Source: an uncultured Candidatus Actinomarina sp.
GTDB taxonomy: Bacteria > Actinomycetota > Acidimicrobiia > Actinomarinales > Actinomarinaceae
Assembly (NCBI GenBank): GCA_902533795.1
Contig: CACAND010000001.1
Span: 90,499-154,498, forward strand
Reading direction: 5' to 3'
DNA length: 64,000 nt
Every line of letters starts with the position of its first letter. Position 1 is the stretch's first letter. Shown here one piece after another: positions 59,372 through 64,000 of this stretch. Both the position numbers and the translations under genes were made by a program. The notes under the pieces were generated by a model. That model saw only the letters and a program-made list of their open reading frames with translations, was not told where the DNA came from and searched no databases.

Positions 59372-59812
59372 ATGGCCAAAAAAAAGAAAGAGAAAAGAGC
59401 CGTAGGTTGGAAAGAACACGTTGCTCTTCCTGATTTAAAGATTAAAAGTGTAATAGCAAAAATTGATACTGGTGCAAATGTTGCAACTATAGATGCTGCA
59501 AACATAAAATTTATTACTAAGAATGATATTAAGTACGTAAAGTTCACTGTTAAAAAAAGAAACAATACAATTAGAAAAACCTCTGCACCTCTTGCAGGAT
59601 TTAAAAGAATAAAAAGCTCTAATGGTGATGTTGAAAAAAGACCGTACATAAAAACTGATATCCTGATGGATGGTATTACAAAAAATATTGAACTTACTCT
59701 TACCGATAGAGGACCTATGGATTACACGATGTTGATTGGAAGAAAAGCCTTAGGGAGAAGATGGGTAGTTAATCCATCCATAGGTTTTTTGACAAAGCCT
59801 TCAGGAGAATAA
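59372..59812 (+). CDS. RimK-associated retropepsin-like protein
   Basis: [26 protein letters not shown]...MLIGR. Confidence 0.88.
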   Translation: MAKKKKEKRAVGWKEHVALPDLKIKSVIAKIDTGANVATIDAANIKFITKNDIKYVKFTVKKRNNTIRKTSAPLAGFKRIKSSNGDVEKRPYIKTDILMDGITKNIELTLTDRGPMDYTMLIGRKALGRRWVVNPSIGFLTKPSGE

Positions 59813-59814
59813 AA

Positions 59815-60717
59815 ATGAAGATTGGAATTTTATCACAAGATATTAGATTGTATTCTACAAAACGTCTTTACGAAACTGCTCTTGAAAGAGGTCATGATAC
59901 TGAAGTAGTAAGTTATTTAAGGTGTTACATGAATATTGCTAAGGCAAAACCTAGAATATTTTCTGCTGGTAGAGAACTAAGCTTTGATTCCGTGATACCA
60001 AGAATTGCTGCGACTTGGACGTTTTATGGTGCTGCTGTTGTTCGTCAATTTGAATTAATGGGGTCAGTATCGGCAAATTCGTCGGCTGGAATAAGTAGAT
60101 CTAGAGATAAATTAAGAGCTCTACAGCTTATTGGAAATACAGGAGTGGAAATGCCGGTAACTGGATATGTTCATTTTTCAAGAGATGTCGAATCTGTTTT
60201 AAAAAGTGTTGGAGAGCCCCCTTTTGTTATTAAATTACTCGAAGGAACTCAAGGAAGAGGTGTCGTGCTAACAGAAACAATGGATGCAGCTATAAGTGTT
60301 ATTGAAACAATGAAGAAGATAGATGCAAATATTTTAGTTCAAGAATTTATAAGTGAAGCAAATGGTGAAGACATAAGAGCAATTGTCGTTGGAGATAAAG
60401 TGGTTGCATCAATGAAAAGAATCGCAAAACCTGGTGAGTTCCGATCAAATGTTCACTTAGGAGGAAGAGCTGAAAATTACAATATTTCAAAAGAAGAGGA
60501 AGAAAGTGCTGTCAAGGCTGCACAAATTTTAAAACTTGATGTCGCCGGTGTAGATCTAGTTCAATCTGACAGAGGCCCTTTAGTGTTAGAAGTAAATTCT
60601 TCTCCTGGATTAGAGGGTATTGAATCTGCATCAGATATTGATGTTGCAAAAGAGATCATATCTTTTCTAGAAAAAAAAGTGGAAAATACGGATAAGTCAA
60701 AACCTATCGATATTTAA
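59815..60717 (+). CDS. rimK: RimK-family ATP-grasp alpha-L-glutamate ligase
   Basis: [43 protein letters not shown]. Confidence 0.93.
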   Translation: MKIGILSQDIRLYSTKRLYETALERGHDTEVVSYLRCYMNIAKAKPRIFSAGRELSFDSVIPRIAATWTFYGAAVVRQFELMGSVSANSSAGISRSRDKLRALQLIGNTGVEMPVTGYVHFSRDVESVLKSVGEPPFVIKLLEGTQGRGVVLTETMDAAISVIETMKKIDANILVQEFISEANGEDIRAIVVGDKVVASMKRIAKPGEFRSNVHLGGRAENYNISKEEEESAVKAAQILKLDVAGVDLVQSDRGPLVLEVNSSPGLEGIESASDIDVAKEIISFLEKKVENTDKSKPIDI

Positions 60718-60931
60718 TGAAATTTCTAAAAATTACGTACTGGCTTAATATTCCTTCATCCAAAACTTTTTTACCATATAAAACTACTGGGACTCTTAAT
60801 AAAAATTCTTGATAGCCTTCTTCAACATCAACTTTTTTAATAGTAAAAAAGTAATTTAAAAAACTGAGATTTTTTAAACCTTTTTCACACAATTCACAAT
60901 TTTCAGTAACGACAACACGTAATGTGGGCAT
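60704..60931 (-). CDS. Glutaredoxin-like protein (DUF836-like)
   Basis: CELC motif, RVPVV. Start ATG 60931 chosen. Confidence 0.65.
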   Translation of the reverse strand: MPTLRVVVTENCELCEKGLKNLSFLNYFFTIKKVDVEEGYQEFLLRVPVVLYGKKVLDEGILSQYVIFRNFIKYR

Positions 60932-61024
60932 ATCTCTAATATAGTCAAATGAGGCCATGGACTTTAATATTTATTGTTTTATTAGCCGTAATAATTTTTG
61001 TCTCAGGGGCGATTGTCTTAAATA

Positions 61025-61828
61025 TTATTTCTTAATATCTATTTTTTCACCATCAACGATACCTATTATCTCTGAGGCATTCTTATTTTTGGCAAAAATT
61101 GAAATCATACCCCATGAATCAGTAATTAATCCAACTTGATTTACCCCATCACTTTGATATGTTTCAGACCAAGTCATCTTAATTTCCTGATTTTGTATGT
61201 TAACACTTAAAACATCTCCAATATTTTTTCCAAGATCAGCTAGTTCATCCGGTGAAATGTTAGTTTGACAATTACCGTAATGATCTATCCACAAGATTTC
61301 GCCTTTTACCTCATCTTCTTTTTTTTCTGTCAAGGGAATCAAATATTGCTGAAGATTCATTAGATCAACTTCCTCACCACAATCTTTTATATCAAGCTGA
61401 TTTGAGGCAATACCAGCAGCAAAGGGCGAAAATATGTCTCTGGCATGAAACGTGTTCCCATCACTAGGGATAATCCAGTTTTCATTTTCAAGGAGATATG
61501 CTTTTTTGGCTCCCCCTACAGTTGCGCATGCAAGATTTAATAATCCATTATCGGGTCCTATCATTACTCCCCAATCAGTTTCTATAGCAACAGGTTTTCT
61601 ATCTGTCCCGACACCTGGATCTACAACTGCTAAAAGAACACCTTGTGGAATGTATTGAATAGCTCTCATGAGTAAGAGGCTTCCGTATTTAATATTTTGT
61701 GGTGGAATCCCATGTGAAATATCATTGACTTTGATAGAAGGGTCAATTCTATTAATAACACCCTTAACAATACCGACTGAGCCATCTGAAATTCCAAAAT
61801 CTGATGCAAATGATAAAATTTTTGTCAT
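61025..61828 (-). CDS. SAM hydroxide adenosyltransferase (DUF62, chlorinase/fluorinase superfamily)
   Basis: SDFG, VVDPGVGTDR, GPDNGLL, TFHARDIF, IDHYGN. Confidence 0.9.
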   Translation of the reverse strand: MTKILSFASDFGISDGSVGIVKGVINRIDPSIKVNDISHGIPPQNIKYGSLLLMRAIQYIPQGVLLAVVDPGVGTDRKPVAIETDWGVMIGPDNGLLNLACATVGGAKKAYLLENENWIIPSDGNTFHARDIFSPFAAGIASNQLDIKDCGEEVDLMNLQQYLIPLTEKKEDEVKGEILWIDHYGNCQTNISPDELADLGKNIGDVLSVNIQNQEIKMTWSETYQSDGVNQVGLITDSWGMISIFAKNKNASEIIGIVDGEKIDIKK

Positions 61829-61919
61829 TATTTAATTATAAGTAATCTACTGAACTTAATAAATGGTTATATTTTTAACGATGTTGATTTAAGTAGTGTA
61901 TTCTAAAAATATATCAAGA

Positions 61920-62879
61920 ATGAAAAAAACATTAATAATTATATTATTAGTTGTAATTTTGGGGGGATACTTCTTCGCTGGTTACAATGTGTACAGCCAA
62001 GCTGCTTTAGTTGAGTGTTCAGTACCTGAAGTAGATAAAAATAATAGACCTGACAATTTTTCTCTTTCTGATAAAGATGTTTTGTGGGATCCATCAGAAT
62101 ATTTTGTCAGAAGTTATGAAGTAGTAAATATTGAAATACCAAATGAAAATATTACATTAGGTTCATGGTGGATAGATGCGCAGAATAACAATGGGCCAAC
62201 AATTTTGGTTCTACATGGATTAGGAAGTAGTAAATATTCTCCTGATATGTTGCTAACTGCTGGAATATTGTTCCAAAACGGATTTAATGTTCTTGCTATT
62301 GATTTCAGAGATCATGGTGATAGCACATGCGAAGACGGGTTTCATTCGGCGGGACAAAAAGAATCTGATGATGTTGTTGCCGCTTTGAATTGGATTATAA
62401 ATGAAAAAGATATTACGCCAAACAATATTGGAATTTATGGATCGTCTTTGGGTGCACTAGTTGGATTATTGACTCCTGCTAAATCAAATAATTTTTCTGC
62501 TTTAGCTGTTTTAGATGCTCCATTTGATTTTGAAACTTTAGTAAAAGAGGAACTAATTTATCAAGATTTTACTGAATTGCTCTGGATGCCACTTTATCAT
62601 TATGTTTTAATCTTTGAGGGCGTCAATTTATTAGCAGACAATCCAGCAGATTCTTTAAAAGCCAGTAACAATCAGCCAATTCTAATATTTAATGGTATGA
62701 ATAATGATAGAGTGCTCTCGCATCACACAGATGATTTAATAGAATCAGCCAATAGTATTGGTATAGAAATAGAAGTTAATCGTTATAAAGAACTCGGACA
62801 CACACGTGTCCTTTATGATTATCCAGAAGAATTCGCTGAAAAATTAATTCAATTTTTTACAAAAAATTTATCTCAATGA
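61920..62879 (+). CDS. Membrane-anchored alpha/beta hydrolase
   Basis: LHGLGS, DFRDHGDS, GSSLG nucleophile, C-terminal GH. Start ATG 61920. Confidence 0.88.
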   Translation: MKKTLIIILLVVILGGYFFAGYNVYSQAALVECSVPEVDKNNRPDNFSLSDKDVLWDPSEYFVRSYEVVNIEIPNENITLGSWWIDAQNNNGPTILVLHGLGSSKYSPDMLLTAGILFQNGFNVLAIDFRDHGDSTCEDGFHSAGQKESDDVVAALNWIINEKDITPNNIGIYGSSLGALVGLLTPAKSNNFSALAVLDAPFDFETLVKEELIYQDFTELLWMPLYHYVLIFEGVNLLADNPADSLKASNNQPILIFNGMNNDRVLSHHTDDLIESANSIGIEIEVNRYKELGHTRVLYDYPEEFAEKLIQFFTKNLSQ

Positions 62880-64000
62880 AAAAGTTATTTTATTTTATAA
62901 TTTCAATTTTTATAGTTTTGATGTTTGGTGCTGGGTGGTACTTTTCAGGATTGATTTATAGTGTTGGTTTAAATCCAGAATTTACTGACTCAGGAAGTGT
63001 TGGAACCGCAGAAGATAGAGTAAAAATTGATTCAATAAATTCTTCAAGCTTAACCTTTGATATTCAAGAAGAACAATGGGGTTATCTCTATGAAAATGGT
63101 GTGTATGGAATTATTGGCCAAAATGGAGATGCAGTTGTTGGTAAAATTTTATCCGTTAATGAAAATTTGGTTACACGAGAACTTATACAAATTAGTGGAA
63201 CTTTGGTCGAAGGAGACCTTATAAGAGATTCTGCATTAATTGTGAAAGACGAAGATACGAATAAATATAAAATTTTAGGTTCTAACAGCTGGTCAGGTCA
63301 GGTCTCAGAGGGCGTGTATACTCCAAAATCAGTCGCTGATTTAGATTTTGAAACTGTAACATACACATCTGAACTTGGAGATTTTCCTGCGTATTTAACA
63401 AATGATGGGGATAAAGGAATTGTAATTTTTGTTCATGGATTTAGGGGTGATTACAAAAGAGAGGTCTTCGCAATGGTACGTGGTGCAGAGTTTGCTGAAA
63501 ATGGATACAGATCAATGATTATTTCTTATAGAAATGACAGAGGACTACCTCAAGATCCTTCAGGAATTTTTCAATATGGTGTAACAGAATGGAAAGATCT
63601 TGATTCAGCGATAGAAAAAGCTAGAACGCTAACTGACAACATTGTTTTATTTTGCATAAGTGGCGGTGGAGGTCCTTGTTCTTCTTGGTTAGGAAATGCA
63701 GAGAATCAAAACCAAGTATCAGGTGTAATTTATGAAGCCCCAGTAATAAGTTTTTGGGAAAGTGTAGAAATTAATGGAGAGTCAAGATTTCCATGGGTTC
63801 CTTCTTCACTATTTAGTTATTTCAAGATATTTACTGAAATCAGATATGGCGTAGATTTTGATTCCATGGACTTTAGATATGACTTAATTGATTCTCAAAT
63901 TCCAGCTTTATTATTTCATGGTGATGATGATGAATGGGTTCCCGTCTCAATGTCTGATTTTATTGCATCTAGTAGAGACTACAAATACACATACAAAAGA
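62876..64000 (+). CDS. Second alpha/beta hydrolase, truncated by the window end (not in the ORF track)
   Basis: Hand translation from ATG 62876: MKKLFYFIISIFIVLMFGAGWYFSG..., FVHGFRG, ISYRND, LFCISGGG, LFHGDDDEWVP. Confidence 0.8.
   Translation, partial: MKKLFYFIISIFIVLMFGAGWYFSGLIYSVGLNPEFTDSGSVGTAEDRVKIDSINSSSLTFDIQEEQWGYLYENGVYGIIGQNGDAVVGKILSVNENLVTRELIQISGTLVEGDLIRDSALIVKDEDTNKYKILGSNSWSGQVSEGVYTPKSVADLDFETVTYTSELGDFPAYLTNDGDKGIVIFVHGFRGDYKREVFAMVRGAEFAENGYRSMIISYRNDRGLPQDPSGIFQYGVTEWKDLDSAIEKARTLTDNIVLFCISGGGGPCSSWLGNAENQNQVSGVIYEAPVISFWESVEINGESRFPWVPSSLFSYFKIFTEIRYGVDFDSMDFRYDLIDSQIPALLFHGDDDEWVPVSMSDFIASSRDYKYTYKR

Noticed and set aside
59372-60717. RiPP-type ATP-grasp system (protease plus ligase)
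   Set aside because: The ligase is a canonical RimK, the retropepsin-like partner is its common neighbour, and no precursor peptide was seen.
4313-61658. Many antisense or alternative-frame ORFs (e.g. 8728-9180, 18207-18590, 38960-39553, 53333-54145, 57474-57722, 58276-58593)
   Set aside because: They lie within well-supported genes, show no motifs, and are typical shadow ORFs.
61025-61828. SAM-dependent chlorinase/fluorinase (halometabolite pathway)
   Set aside because: It carries the Asp-Arg-His set (VVDPG, TDR, TFH) of DUF62 SAM hydrolases, and there is no biosynthetic cluster context.

Overview
AT-rich, very gene-dense, streamlined bacterial genome segment. The 220-aa DTE-type rhodopsin next to a photolyase, the mazG-eno-divIC-DUF501-ppx-tRNA-Leu order and an InhA-like FabI point to a marine actinobacterium, probably Ca. 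Actinomarina (recognised from memory, not searched). Contents: menaquinone genes (MenA fused to a split-barrel flavin-binding domain, MenG), a DsbB/thioredoxin pair, rhodopsin and class II photolyase, an alpha-glucoside ABC system, two tRNAs, a biotin/acyl-CoA carboxylase/FAS-II operon, ppdK head-to-head with an archaeal-type GAPDH-like gene, transhydrogenase, GH57 and tryptophanase. The best candidate for an undescribed system is the respiratory locus at about 50.7-59.2 kb. There, a split b6-type Rieske/cytochrome b complex (heme ci Cys, own 2x[4Fe-4S] ferredoxin, diheme cytochrome c) is transcribed divergently from a cbb3-oxidase-like operon. Its CcoN homologue has lost the metal-binding histidines and its CcoO homologue has His in place of the axial Met. 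Three subunits from the two operons share a ~30-aa N-terminal module (PExL...AEARAxAxGxSVxxxL) on a Pro/Ala/Glu linker, and two copies are encoded by an identical 221-bp direct repeat. No mobile elements, rRNA or CRISPR arrays were seen. All assignments are by visual motif recognition.
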